Origin: a virus
Lineage: Duplodnaviria > Caudoviricetes
Length of the DNA stretch: 64,000 bases
IMG/VR virus record: IMGVR_UViG_3300027833_000011
Strand: one strand, 5' to 3'
Shown: positions 16,898 through 26,195 of the stretch, in pieces
Layout of the letters: each line of letters opens with the position of its first letter
How positions within the stretch are numbered: the stretch's first letter is position 1
Program-made: the position numbers and the translations under genes
Notes under the pieces: generated by a model
Database searches by the model: none
What the model was told of the DNA's origin: nothing
Seen by the model: only the letters and a program-made list of their open reading frames with translations

Positions 16898-17146
16898 ATG
16901 GCACTAACAAAAACAGATACATTAAAGATAGAGAGAATGGTTCGTAAAGAGATGAAAGACTTTATGAGTAGCAGTCGAATAAAAAACCTTGTTATCAAAT
17001 CCGTAGAGGAGGAGTTATCGAAAAAAGGGGTTGTAGATAAAAAGCAAGTGGTTGATATTTCCACTAAAGCATTGGTTGAGTTGTTTAGACAATTATGGAT
17101 GAGAAGAAGTTTTTGGGAACAACCAGTAAAAAACATTAGACCGTAA
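16898..17146 (+). CDS. Hypothetical protein
   Basis: 82-aa ORF after TATTTAT at 16886. Confidence 0.65.
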   Translation: MALTKTDTLKIERMVRKEMKDFMSSSRIKNLVIKSVEEELSKKGVVDKKQVVDISTKALVELFRQLWMRRSFWEQPVKNIRP

Positions 17147-18207
17147 TGGATATTAAAAAAGACATAAAAAGTGCGTTGACTACTCACATGAGTAAAGTAG
17201 GTCACATTAACCAATCAAAAGACTTAAGTAATTTAAGTAATATGATTTCTGAGAAAACCGTAAAATTCGGAAAGAAAGAGGTCTATGAGATATTAGATGA
17301 GGTTATGACCGTAGAAGGTGATATTGACGAATTAAGGTTAAACCCTTTTGGTTCTAACATTAAAGACATTGAGAAAGCATCTGCTAGTTTTATCAAAGAA
17401 TTATCTAAGAAACTACCTAAGTTAAAAGTTCAGGATTTACAAAGACTTAAAGTATTATTTGGTCAGGTAGAATCGGAATTGAGAAACGTTAAGAACCAAA
17501 TCAATCTTGACGGTGTTGATGAACCAGAACCGTCTACAAAAGAAAAAATTATTAATAAGGTTAAAGGGATGATGTCAGAAATCACAGGAGCCGCTTCGGC
17601 AGGAGGATTTTTAGGTCCACTCTTTTCACCGATAGTAAAACAAAAAGGACCATCAAAACCAAATAAGAACAAAAAGTCTTATGAGGTTAAAGAAGATAAA
17701 GGTTTCTCAAAGTACTTAGAAACTGATGAAAACCCTAATGGTGAAACTGACGGGTTAACTCCTGATGTTTTAAATAACATTATCTCTAAGATTGTAAAAT
17801 CACATAATGGTGAAGAAGAGACCCCTAAAATGGACACAAAAGAGGCCACATTAGCGTCAAGTTCAGGGTCTTATGAGACACCATTCTTTTTGGCTAAGAA
17901 TAATAAGAATTGGAGAGGAGCTGCTAAGACATTATATAAAGGTGGTAAATTTGTGAAGGTAAAGGATAAATGTAAGACATTCCCATATTGCAACCAAGGG
18001 GATATAAAGGCGTTAGAATTATTTGAAAACGGGAAGTATTCAACGTTAGCTGAAAAGGTTGCCGACAAAATGGGTGAAGACCCATTAAAAGTTAAATCGT
18101 TAGTATTGAACAACATTGAAGAATCATTATTTCAGACAAGGATGAAAGAAAAGAATGAAAAGAATATTGAAAATTCAGAAAAAAACAATAAGATTAAGGA
18201 TAAATAA
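17146..18207 (+). CDS. Hypothetical protein (repeated E.T.A.S.G motif; KCKTFPYC)
   Basis: 353-aa ORF translationally coupled to the upstream gene. Confidence 0.7.
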   Translation: MDIKKDIKSALTTHMSKVGHINQSKDLSNLSNMISEKTVKFGKKEVYEILDEVMTVEGDIDELRLNPFGSNIKDIEKASASFIKELSKKLPKLKVQDLQRLKVLFGQVESELRNVKNQINLDGVDEPEPSTKEKIINKVKGMMSEITGAASAGGFLGPLFSPIVKQKGPSKPNKNKKSYEVKEDKGFSKYLETDENPNGETDGLTPDVLNNIISKIVKSHNGEEETPKMDTKEATLASSSGSYETPFFLAKNNKNWRGAAKTLYKGGKFVKVKDKCKTFPYCNQGDIKALELFENGKYSTLAEKVADKMGEDPLKVKSLVLNNIEESLFQTRMKEKNEKNIENSEKNNKIKDK

Positions 18208-18242
18208 TACTATAAAGATATTTATATTAAAAGACCATTAAG

Positions 18243-19130
18243 ATGAAACTAAATAAATTCAATAAAGAACTAGGTAATATTATCGAAAACGTCGTAAAAG
18301 ACGAAGTTCTTAAAACATTAAATATAACTGAAGAGGCTACGGTTTGTGAAAATTGTGGGTTAAATGAGACGGAATGTAAATGTCCCGTTAATGAAGAATC
18401 TGACGTAGATGAAGGAAATGCTTTTACAGATGCTAGGAGTAAGGCAATTGAAGCGGGTGAAGACTCGTTTACTGTTGACGGAAAAGAGTATCCGATTAAA
18501 GGAGACAAGGAAAAAGTTAAGGAATCTACTAAGAAAGTACTAACATTAACAGAATCAGAACTTATATCTCTTATTGAGAAGTTAGTTTCAGAACAATCAG
18601 TACCTGGAATTGATGAATACAAAAAGGCTCATAAAGAATCAGGTAAATTTAATAAAGATAATGACGAGATTGTCTCTAAAAAAATGTCTGAATATACAGA
18701 TGTTGAAGGAGGAGAGAAAAACGAATTTCCAAATCAAAATGGTGGTGAAGTAAAAGCCGATAGAGTTGAAGATGACGAAGAAATTGAGTTCATTGAAGAT
18801 ATGAAAGGTGGTATGACCGCTTTAGAGTATGACAGAACAAACGATGAATTTGAAGAAAAAGTAGAGAAACAACTTAAGGGAGATTCAACTCAAGGGAACG
18901 CTCAGGTTGATGAGGACAACGAACCATTAGGTAACGTAGTTCCAACAGAGACAGGTGAGAAGTTCGACAAGGCTCGTAAAAGACAAGGTCTTAACAAAGA
19001 AAAGAAAAAGGGTTATAATACATTTCCACAGAAAGTTGAGCAGGTTAAAGAGTCGTTGATAAACGATAAAGTATTATCAGATATGGATAAGATGAGACAT
19101 CTTGTTCTATATACGAAAAAGACTCAATAA
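18243..19130 (+). CDS. Acidic hypothetical protein with a CxxC..CxC cluster (possible head/scaffold-associated)
   Basis: TVCENCGLNETECKC; EGNAFTDAR..FTVDGKEYPIK; TATTTATA at 18219. Confidence 0.65.
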   Translation: MKLNKFNKELGNIIENVVKDEVLKTLNITEEATVCENCGLNETECKCPVNEESDVDEGNAFTDARSKAIEAGEDSFTVDGKEYPIKGDKEKVKESTKKVLTLTESELISLIEKLVSEQSVPGIDEYKKAHKESGKFNKDNDEIVSKKMSEYTDVEGGEKNEFPNQNGGEVKADRVEDDEEIEFIEDMKGGMTALEYDRTNDEFEEKVEKQLKGDSTQGNAQVDEDNEPLGNVVPTETGEKFDKARKRQGLNKEKKKGYNTFPQKVEQVKESLINDKVLSDMDKMRHLVLYTKKTQ

Positions 19131-19167
19131 GACTTGATATAACTTAAGTTTTTGGTATTCTTATTGT

Positions 19168-19638
19168 ATGAGTGATAATCAAAACTTTATAGTTACAGAG
19201 TTTTATCAATACCTAACCCAAGAGATGAACGAAAATCAAATAGAGGTATGGTTAAAGGCTAATAACATAATCCCCGAATATTCTGAACTATTCTACGATT
19301 TTGTAATGTCTTTGTATACTCTCGTAGAAATCACATACTTAGGAGACGATGTGGTGTCTGATGTCGATGACAAACAGGGACACTTCAATTGGTGCTTTAA
19401 CAAAGTCATTGATGACTTTGAGAAAGAAGGTATTGTGTTTTCACCTAAAGGTCAGCACTATGATTATTTTTGGTCTTTCTTTAAAGACGCATTTTACTAT
19501 GAAGAGACTAGAGAGACTGTAGAGAATATTGAGATATTCTTTAAAAATTTATTCAACCTAAAAGGTAAAAAGACTAAGAGTGAGTTAGATATGTATACTG
19601 ATTTATACAAAATATTAGAAAACGCATTAAAGTCTTGA
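19168..19638 (+). CDS. Hypothetical protein
   Basis: 156-aa ORF. Confidence 0.7.
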   Translation: MSDNQNFIVTEFYQYLTQEMNENQIEVWLKANNIIPEYSELFYDFVMSLYTLVEITYLGDDVVSDVDDKQGHFNWCFNKVIDDFEKEGIVFSPKGQHYDYFWSFFKDAFYYEETRETVENIEIFFKNLFNLKGKKTKSELDMYTDLYKILENALKS

Positions 19639-19686
19639 CATAACATAAAAAAGTGATTAACTTTTACATAAATAAAAACAATTGTA

Positions 19687-19860
19687 ATGGATACATTAAC
19701 AAAGATTAAAGAATTAACTGAGGTATTATCTTACGATTCTCAGAAAGCGATTGAGAAAGGTAATAAAAGTGCTGCTACAAGAGCTAGAAAAACGGCACAA
19801 GAGATAAAAAATCTTTTACAGGATTTGAGAAAAGAGGTTTTAGACGCAACAAAAAAATAA
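19687..19860 (+). CDS. Histone H1-like Hc1-family protein, 57 aa (below the ORF-track cut-off)
   Basis: Hand translation MDTLTKIKELTEVLSYDSQKAIEKGNKSAATRARKTAQEIKNLLQDLRKEVLDATKK; GNK.A.TRARK is the Hc1 hallmark. Confidence 0.8.
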   Translation: MDTLTKIKELTEVLSYDSQKAIEKGNKSAATRARKTAQEIKNLLQDLRKEVLDATKK

Positions 19861-19861
19861 G

Positions 19862-20041
19862 ATGATACATAAAATTGAATTATTCCTTTTTATCCTTTCA
19901 GTGTTCTATAATACTACATTAGTATTTAAGATGGTTAGAAATGTTCTTAGAACACCTCCACAACCGTTAAACTTAGAATGGAAAGATATGTTACTTTGGG
20001 GTATTTCATTATCATATATTATAACCTATATTTTAACATAA
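19862..20041 (+). CDS. Small two-TM membrane protein, 59 aa (not in the ORF track)
   Basis: Hand translation MIHKIELFLFILSVFYNTTLVFKMVRNVLRTPPQPLNLEWKDMLLWGISLSYIITYILT; fills the gap exactly between flanking genes. Confidence 0.6.
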   Translation: MIHKIELFLFILSVFYNTTLVFKMVRNVLRTPPQPLNLEWKDMLLWGISLSYIITYILT

Positions 20042-20042
20042 C

Positions 20043-20492
20043 ATGAGTTTATACAATCACATAGAAAAAATGGAACCTTACTTCCATTCAATAAGAAAAC
20101 ATAAAGGGTTTTTTATCATTGATATTAAACTACCGGATGATTGGAGATATAAGGATATTACATTTGAAAAGAAAGACGTTGTAGGTTTTAAAGACAATGG
20201 ACTAAAAGACGGTAAGAGATTCTTATCTTTCTTCTCAAAACAAGAAGAGATAGATATCGAAAATTCGGTTAACACAGTATTAGAGGTTATAGAATCAAAC
20301 AAAGAAAGAGAAGCCAAAGAATCGTTATTAAGAGAGAAAATGGTTGAACTTAAAAAACAGTTTGAACAAACGGACTTAGATACCCTTAAAAGTTTAGAAT
20401 TTGTATTTGACGCTACTGAAGAAATAGAAACAGAAATAGAAAGTCACGATGAAGGAAGTGAATTGGTTGAGCAGGGAACTGAAGAAGGATAG
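20043..20492 (+). CDS. Hypothetical protein
   Basis: 149-aa ORF. Confidence 0.7.
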   Translation: MSLYNHIEKMEPYFHSIRKHKGFFIIDIKLPDDWRYKDITFEKKDVVGFKDNGLKDGKRFLSFFSKQEEIDIENSVNTVLEVIESNKEREAKESLLREKMVELKKQFEQTDLDTLKSLEFVFDATEEIETEIESHDEGSELVEQGTEEG

Positions 20493-20637
20493 TCTTGAGG
20501 TTGAAACCCACAAACAAAATTTGATTAAACAAATAACTTTGTTAAATAAAGAAGTTGTTTCAAACACCGTAGTAGTTAATACGGAGAAAAAACGTTTAGG
20601 ATTGATATGGAGACTAAAAAAGGTGTTGGGGATATAA
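20449..20637 (+). CDS. Hypothetical protein
   Basis: 62-aa ORF overlapping both neighbours in an operon-like arrangement. Confidence 0.5.
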   Translation: MKEVNWLSRELKKDSLEVETHKQNLIKQITLLNKEVVSNTVVVNTEKKRLGLIWRLKKVLGI

Positions 20638-20840
20638 TGAATCAATTAGGTATAATCTCAGACCTATTAGAGAAAATAAATTTAGAGACAGAGAACGTAA
20701 AAGTTGACATAGATTTAAAATCTGAAGAGTTTGATGAAATGCACGATAAAGTAGTTCAAAAACGAGGATTGTTTGTTATTCCTAAAAAACATTTTAACGT
20801 AACAATTTCAGGTATTACATTCACATTTAGAAAAGTCTAA
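20607..20840 (+). CDS. Hypothetical protein
   Basis: 77-aa ORF. Confidence 0.55.
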   Translation: METKKGVGDIMNQLGIISDLLEKINLETENVKVDIDLKSEEFDEMHDKVVQKRGLFVIPKKHFNVTISGITFTFRKV

Positions 20841-21472
20841 TAAGAATAATGACGATATAAGGATTCCTTTGGGAATCCATTTTTTTGCAGTAAAATGTAT
20901 AAATCTTTACGTTGAGCGGTTGAAAAATCAATTACATACATAACATTTCCCATTCCATCGTCTAAAGACAGTTTACGAAGAATACCAAACAATCTCTGAC
21001 AATCATCTATGTTTTTAAGACCATAACCAATAATATTATCGTCTTTTTGTATGAATATCTTAGAATTAAGTGTAAAAACTTGTTTAAATTCACCACCACG
21101 TTTTATTCGTCTATATAATTCTTCAACATAGATAAATTCGTTGTTTTGGTAATCCCATATTTTTTCTTCAATGTCGTAATTATCTAAATTTAAGAATGTG
21201 TGTAATCCTGAAGTGAATTCTGCTTTCTGATTTCTACCTAAATCATCTTTAAAGAATAAGTCAGGAGATGGTACATCTAAAGTGGTAACTAACGCGATAT
21301 TATATTTGACTTTCTCTTTATTACGAAAGACTTGCGGAAAAATGGGTTTATCTTTATTTAGATATTCCTTATATTTCTTTTTAGTATTGTTTAAGTTATT
21401 GGACCTAAACAACACTCTTCTTTTTTTCTTATTAGAAAAAAGAACAATACAATATTTTTTATCAGTACCCAT
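20837..21472 (-). CDS. Hypothetical protein
   Basis: 211-aa ORF, back-to-back with the dnaJ-like gene. Confidence 0.7.
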   Translation of the reverse strand: MGTDKKYCIVLFSNKKKRRVLFRSNNLNNTKKKYKEYLNKDKPIFPQVFRNKEKVKYNIALVTTLDVPSPDLFFKDDLGRNQKAEFTSGLHTFLNLDNYDIEEKIWDYQNNEFIYVEELYRRIKRGGEFKQVFTLNSKIFIQKDDNIIGYGLKNIDDCQRLFGILRKLSLDDGMGNVMYVIDFSTAQRKDLYILLQKNGFPKESLYRHYSY

Positions 21473-22282
21473 ATGAATAATTATTACAAAATTTTAGGAT
21501 TAAGTAAAGACGCAAGTCAAGAGGACATTAAAAAGACTTATCGTAAACTTTCTAAAAAACACCATCCAGACATGGGAGGTGATGATGAAATGTTTAAAAA
21601 AATTAATGAAGCTTATAGTGTGTTGGGTGATGAGAAAAAAAGAAAAGAACATGACAATCCAAGACGTGGTTTTGATGATATATTCTCGTCAGGTGGTTTC
21701 GGTTCTGATTTTATGGAAAGTATGTTCAATCAAAGTAGGTCTCGTAGATACAGAGGTTCCGACATAAAAATTGACTTAACTATCACGGTAAAAGATTCTA
21801 TGATGGGAGGTGAGAAGGAAGTGTCATATTATCGTATGACTAAAGATTTCAGAGAAGAAAGACGTAGTATAAAGATTAATATACCACAGGGTGCAGACGA
21901 TGGTAATCTTTTCAGGGTTTCAGGTGGTGGTAATCAAGGGGAGTCCTCACCGGGTGATTTAATTATAATTATTAATATAGGTTCAGATGGAGTGTATTCA
22001 AAATCAGGTTTCAATCTTTTTTATAACTTAGAGTTGAACCCTTTAGAGATATTAACAGGTAAAGAGGTTACGATTGATTTATACTACAGTAAGATTAAAG
22101 TAAATATCCCATCGTGTGTTGATATGAATAAACAAATGAGAGTTAAGGGTAAAGGATTTAAAACACGAAGAGGTTTTGGTGATTTGTTTATTACATTTAA
22201 AGTAAAAACACCAAAAGAATTATCTGAATATGAATGGAGATTAGTTGAACAACTAAAAAAAGGAGACAATTTTAGAGATTAA
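21473..22282 (+). CDS. dnaJ: DnaJ/CbpA-type co-chaperone (J domain plus C-terminal domain, no zinc finger)
   Basis: NYYKILG..EDIKKTYRKLSKKHHPD, G/F region, GSDIKI..G..GDL, KGKG..GDLF. Confidence 0.9.
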   Translation: MNNYYKILGLSKDASQEDIKKTYRKLSKKHHPDMGGDDEMFKKINEAYSVLGDEKKRKEHDNPRRGFDDIFSSGGFGSDFMESMFNQSRSRRYRGSDIKIDLTITVKDSMMGGEKEVSYYRMTKDFREERRSIKINIPQGADDGNLFRVSGGGNQGESSPGDLIIIINIGSDGVYSKSGFNLFYNLELNPLEILTGKEVTIDLYYSKIKVNIPSCVDMNKQMRVKGKGFKTRRGFGDLFITFKVKTPKELSEYEWRLVEQLKKGDNFRD

Positions 22283-22411
22283 CTCGACCATGCCATAAAC
22301 AAACAGACTTCCTACGATTATCATTCCTATAATAACAGGTCTTTCAGTTTTTCTCAACTCTCTTTCGAGTTGTTCTCTCTGTTCTTTCTTTTTACATTTA
22401 TTACACGCCAT
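22253..22411 (-). CDS. Small membrane protein with an N-terminal CxxC (MACNKCKKK); start probably 22411
   Basis: Cys/Lys N-terminus and one TM helix. Confidence 0.5.
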   Translation of the reverse strand: MACNKCKKKEQREQLERELRKTERPVIIGMIIVGSLFVYGMVELISKIVSFF

Positions 22412-22463
22412 ATTAATCTTTTTTATAAAGTTATTAAAACGGGGTATTAAAGTAAAGTATTGG

Positions 22464-22721
22464 TTAGTAGTCCAAAAGTACGTCAGAACAATTTTCAACA
22501 CAAACAGTTTTGGTATTGTAACCTACATAGTCGAAAGTGATACTATCGCCTTCTACAAAGTTGATGGTATACCTTCCGTTAATATCTGTATATGTTTCAT
22601 CAATTGATGTTGATACGTGGACTAACATTAACTCATCACACATTTGTGAATCTTTAACTGTACCGCTTACGGTCTGTGTGATGTTTAAATTAAGTAATGT
22701 TAATAATAAAAAAATTCCCAT
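22464..22721 (-). CDS. Stand-alone carboxypeptidase-regulatory-like domain (SusC/TonB-dependent receptor N-terminal extension type) with signal peptide
   Basis: QTVSGTVKDS..TYTDINGRYTI..GDSITFDYVGY.TKTV. Confidence 0.7.
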   Translation of the reverse strand: MGIFLLLTLLNLNITQTVSGTVKDSQMCDELMLVHVSTSIDETYTDINGRYTINFVEGDSITFDYVGYNTKTVCVENCSDVLLDY

Positions 22722-22779
22722 ATATTTGTTTTAATACATATATATGAGAATAGTTAATAGTTATAAGTTTGTAGGTTAA

Positions 22780-23118
22780 TTAACCGTTATTAAAATCTAT
22801 ATAACTTACGGCAGATATCCTCATATTATCTTTATATTTAACCTCACCAATTAAAACACCTTCGAGGTTGTAAAATTTCCATTTACCTGAACGTTTACCT
22901 TTATAAAATTGTGCGGATGCTTGTAATTTACCATTTGTGTGGTAAGAATACCAATATCCGTCTTTTTTACCGTCCCAGTAGGTACCTTTCTCTAATAATT
23001 TACCATCGGTACTTGTGATTGTGACTTCTGAGTAACCATTTTTTGGAATGTTTTGACCGTATGATACAGTCATAATAAGTAAACCTAATAAAATTGTCAT
23101 TAATTTTTTCATCTTCAT
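22780..23118 (-). CDS. Secreted MORN-variant repeat protein (YwqK-like)
   Basis: Signal peptide; G.Y..GKKDG.W..Y...G.L...G.Y..GKR.G.W repeats. Confidence 0.75.
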   Translation of the reverse strand: MKMKKLMTILLGLLIMTVSYGQNIPKNGYSEVTITSTDGKLLEKGTYWDGKKDGYWYSYHTNGKLQASAQFYKGKRSGKWKFYNLEGVLIGEVKYKDNMRISAVSYIDFNNG

Positions 23119-23220
23119 AGTTTTTAGTGTTACGTTATAGTTAACCTAATATTAACTTAATATAAATATAATAAAAAGAGAACATAATATGAAGGTTTTT
23201 TAAAATTTAACTAAATAACA

Positions 23221-23252
23221 TTTGCCTTTTACCTTTTTTTATCTTACATTTG
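23221..23252 (+). promoter_or_regulatory. Bacteroidota sigma70-type promoter for dam
   Basis: TTTG 23221-23224, 20-nt spacer, TACATTTG 23245-23252. Confidence 0.75.
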
Positions 23253-23283
23253 TATACGATAAAAATTTAAATAGAGATAGAAT

Positions 23284-24162
23284 ATGTTTAGTTATATAGG
23301 AGGAAAAAGTAAAATAGGTAAATGGATTAAAGAGTTTATACCTACAGATATGGAAACTTATGTGGAACCATTCAGTGGTGCTTTTTGGGTTTACTATAAT
23401 TTAGATTTGGCGTTATACCCAAACTTAAAGACAGTGGTATATAATGATTTTAATAAGGTAAATGCTAACTTATTTGCTTGTGTAAAGAAATATGGTGAGT
23501 TTTACGAGTTTATTAAAGACATTCCCGCTCAAGAGAAAGATAGGTTTGAAAGATACCAAAAAGGAGCGTTTGAGGACTTTGATTTTGACCCAGACACCCC
23601 TAATTTTCAAAAAGGTTTGGAGTATATCTACGTTGTGACTCAAGTGTTTAGTGGGATTAGACCTGAAACGTCTAACTTCATAGATTTAAAGGGTAAATAC
23701 AATTCTAAATTCAACTCATTTAGAAATAAACTAAATAATCCCAAGTACTATAAGCATTTTCAAATGATAACGCATGTTAAGAATGAGGATTTTGAGGATA
23801 TCATTAATGAGTTTGATTCACCAACCACATATTTTTATTTAGACCCACCATATTGGAAAACTGAGGATTATTATTCTAACCAAGACTTTGACGTGACAGA
23901 CCACAAAAGACTTTCAGAGGTATTAGGTCGTATTGATGGTAAATATAGTCTATCTTACTACGATTTTGAGTTATTGAAAGAATACTACCCAAAAGACACC
24001 CATAGATGGACGAGTAAAGATTACGCAAAGGCTGCAGGTGCGGTATCAGGTAAAAAACAGACAAAGGCTAGTGAGTTATTGATTATGAATTATAATGATA
24101 CAACGTGGCAAGATGTTATTTTAGAAAAAGAAAATATTACAGACGATACATTTGGAAAATAA
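23284..24162 (+). CDS. dam: DNA adenine methyltransferase (Dam/D12 class)
   Basis: FSYIGGKS, YVEPFSG, YNDFN, FYLDPPY, ELLIMNY. Confidence 0.9.
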   Translation: MFSYIGGKSKIGKWIKEFIPTDMETYVEPFSGAFWVYYNLDLALYPNLKTVVYNDFNKVNANLFACVKKYGEFYEFIKDIPAQEKDRFERYQKGAFEDFDFDPDTPNFQKGLEYIYVVTQVFSGIRPETSNFIDLKGKYNSKFNSFRNKLNNPKYYKHFQMITHVKNEDFEDIINEFDSPTTYFYLDPPYWKTEDYYSNQDFDVTDHKRLSEVLGRIDGKYSLSYYDFELLKEYYPKDTHRWTSKDYAKAAGAVSGKKQTKASELLIMNYNDTTWQDVILEKENITDDTFGK

Positions 24163-24181
24163 CGATTTTTATGTATCTTTG
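24151..24181 (+). promoter_or_regulatory. Bacteroidota sigma70-type promoter
   Basis: TTTG 24151-24154, 19-nt spacer, TATCTTTG 24174-24181. Confidence 0.7.
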
Positions 24182-24218
24182 TACTTCATTAGAACATTTA
24201 ATAATAATAATTTAAGTC

Positions 24219-24347
24219 ATGGCAGCAAACACCAACACATTTAAAAAGGCTAAGAAAAAAAGACCGGGAGTTCACTCTAAGAATAACAATTCTGCGAGTA
24301 AAAACTCACCAAATTATCAGAAAAAATACAGAGGTCAAGGAAGATAG
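24219..24347 (+). CDS. Very basic 42-aa microprotein (not in the ORF track)
   Basis: Hand translation MAANTNTFKKAKKKRPGVHSKNNNSASKNSPNYQKKYRGQGR; has its own promoter and terminator. Confidence 0.65.
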   Translation: MAANTNTFKKAKKKRPGVHSKNNNSASKNSPNYQKKYRGQGR

Positions 24348-24352
24348 TCTAA

Positions 24353-24389
24353 AAAAATATCCCTCTAATTAATTTAGGGGGATATTTTT
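24353..24389. terminator. Intrinsic terminator
   Basis: aaaaatatccctctaa-ttaat-ttagggggatattttt. Confidence 0.75.
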
Positions 24390-24424
24390 GTTAAAAATAG
24401 ATATTTATTAATAAACGTATTAGT

Positions 24425-25873
24425 ATGAATTTTGAAAAATTAATCAGAGAAATGATTTTGGAAGATGCTCGTTTAGAGCACCTACTAAAAACACATGCTC
24501 ACAAGGATATAGTGAAAGTTAATAAGGAGACAGGAAAGAGAAAAGTCAAAAAGGCTCCTCTTACTTCAGACCAAATGATGATTATGGTTGGTAACGACCC
24601 AACATCAAGAATTGATGGTTTAGACTTAACACAACTACACGATGATGAAACATTAAAGAATATTTCTCCTGATTCTGTTAAAAAAACGGGTGAATACACT
24701 CAATGGATGGTTAAACAGTATAAGATGTTACCACAGATGACTGAGATTCCTTATGGTGAATCGGGGTATGATTCAGAATTATCAGAAAAACAAAGATTAT
24801 TTTTTGAGGATTTATATAAAACTAAAGAAGACTTAATAAAGTTTCACAGGTTTAAAACTACGGATAAGATTGAAGAGGCTGATATTAACAAATATACGAT
24901 TCGAGAGTTAGAGACACTTGTCGCTCCATTATCTTTGGAGTTAGCTACGAGTACTAAGGCTGAGAGAAAATCGTCTATGTTACATCCAGGTGCTGAATTT
25001 ATGGTGGAAACAGATAAATGGTATGTGGTTAAAATACATCGTAATGATGAGTTAGGAAAAGAAGCTGCCGTGTTCTACGGAGGGTCACAAAAACGTCCAT
25101 CAGAAGGGGAAACTAGTTGGTGTACATCGGCTCCTGGTATGAATTACTACTTTAACTACTTAAAAACAGGTCCTTACTACGTTTTTTTAGATAAAACAGA
25201 CACTAAAACGGGTAATGTTTCAGGATTACCAACACATAGATACCAATTCCATTTTGAGTCTAATCAGTTTATGGATGTTAATGATAGACAGATTGACTTA
25301 GTTAAATTCTTTAATGATAATCCTTCTTTAAAAGATGAGTTTAAAACGGTTATTACGTCACACTTCAGTAAAGCAAAAGGTAAGAGTTCTTCAAAAACTG
25401 TTGAGGTAAGTTACCCTTCAGATGGAATATCTAAGTTAATTGGATTGTATGGGTTTGATGATTTCTTCGAGGGTTTACCGTCTGATTTAGAAAGTTTTGA
25501 ATTTGAGTATTCAAACTCAGGGTATGGAAGTAATAAAGATGTTCAACCACCTAAATTAGCAATACCTGATAGTATTGGTAGGTTTACAAGTCTAAAAGTA
25601 TTGTTCTTCGATAACTGTATTGTGTCAATACCTGAAAGTATTTCTAAAATACCTTTAACTATCCTTTCAATACCAAACAACAAAGGTGTTAAATTACCTG
25701 ATTCGTTGGCTGACATGATTAACAACGGTACTTTAAATATTTTAGGTTTATCAGGTTCTGGATATACAATGGAGACATTACCACCAAAAATTGTTGAAGC
25801 GATTAAGAAAAGAGAAAGTGAAAGCGATACTAACCCAAGCGAAGAGACTGCGTTCTTAGTGATATTAGATTAG
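24425..25873 (+). CDS. Phage protein with a YGG..T.WCT..GPYYV domain and C-terminal leucine-rich repeats
   Basis: AAVFYGG..GETSWCTS..YLKTGPYYVF; IPDSIGRFTSLKVLFFDN, IPESISKIPLTILSI, LPDSLADM. Confidence 0.7.
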   Translation: MNFEKLIREMILEDARLEHLLKTHAHKDIVKVNKETGKRKVKKAPLTSDQMMIMVGNDPTSRIDGLDLTQLHDDETLKNISPDSVKKTGEYTQWMVKQYKMLPQMTEIPYGESGYDSELSEKQRLFFEDLYKTKEDLIKFHRFKTTDKIEEADINKYTIRELETLVAPLSLELATSTKAERKSSMLHPGAEFMVETDKWYVVKIHRNDELGKEAAVFYGGSQKRPSEGETSWCTSAPGMNYYFNYLKTGPYYVFLDKTDTKTGNVSGLPTHRYQFHFESNQFMDVNDRQIDLVKFFNDNPSLKDEFKTVITSHFSKAKGKSSSKTVEVSYPSDGISKLIGLYGFDDFFEGLPSDLESFEFEYSNSGYGSNKDVQPPKLAIPDSIGRFTSLKVLFFDNCIVSIPESISKIPLTILSIPNNKGVKLPDSLADMINNGTLNILGLSGSGYTMETLPPKIVEAIKKRESESDTNPSEETAFLVILD

Positions 25874-25877
25874 TAGT

Positions 25878-26150
25878 TTGATGGATAATGAGGTTATTAT
25901 TTACGTTAAAAACTTAAAAAAGTATTTAGTTAATTCCGCTAAGGCGAGAGAATTATTTCTCAGTAACGCCATTGACATTGATGACTTTATAAATGAGGTT
26001 GTTAAAGTGGCGAGAAACAATGTTAAGAAAGGTAAAGACCCACAACTCACACAAAAACAGTACGAAGAAGTACGTTTCAAACTCACAGACAAAGAATCCG
26101 ACATTCCTATGATAGAGATAAAAGGGTTCCCTCCATTTTTTTTAAATTAG
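25878..26150 (+). CDS. Hypothetical protein
   Basis: 90-aa ORF. Confidence 0.6.
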   Translation: MMDNEVIIYVKNLKKYLVNSAKARELFLSNAIDIDDFINEVVKVARNNVKKGKDPQLTQKQYEEVRFKLTDKESDIPMIEIKGFPPFFLN

Positions 26151-26195
26151 TGTTGTTTATTAATCAGTTTTTCTTATATTTCTAAAAAAGATTTA

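Noticed and set aside
22537-22734. Plus-strand 65-aa ORF overlapping 22464-22721
   Set aside because: The minus-strand ORF has a signal peptide and a recognisable domain; the plus-strand one has neither.
24219-24347. Calling the basic microprotein a ribosomal protein (bL34/bL32/bS21)
   Set aside because: It is similar only in composition; I recognised no diagnostic motif of those families.
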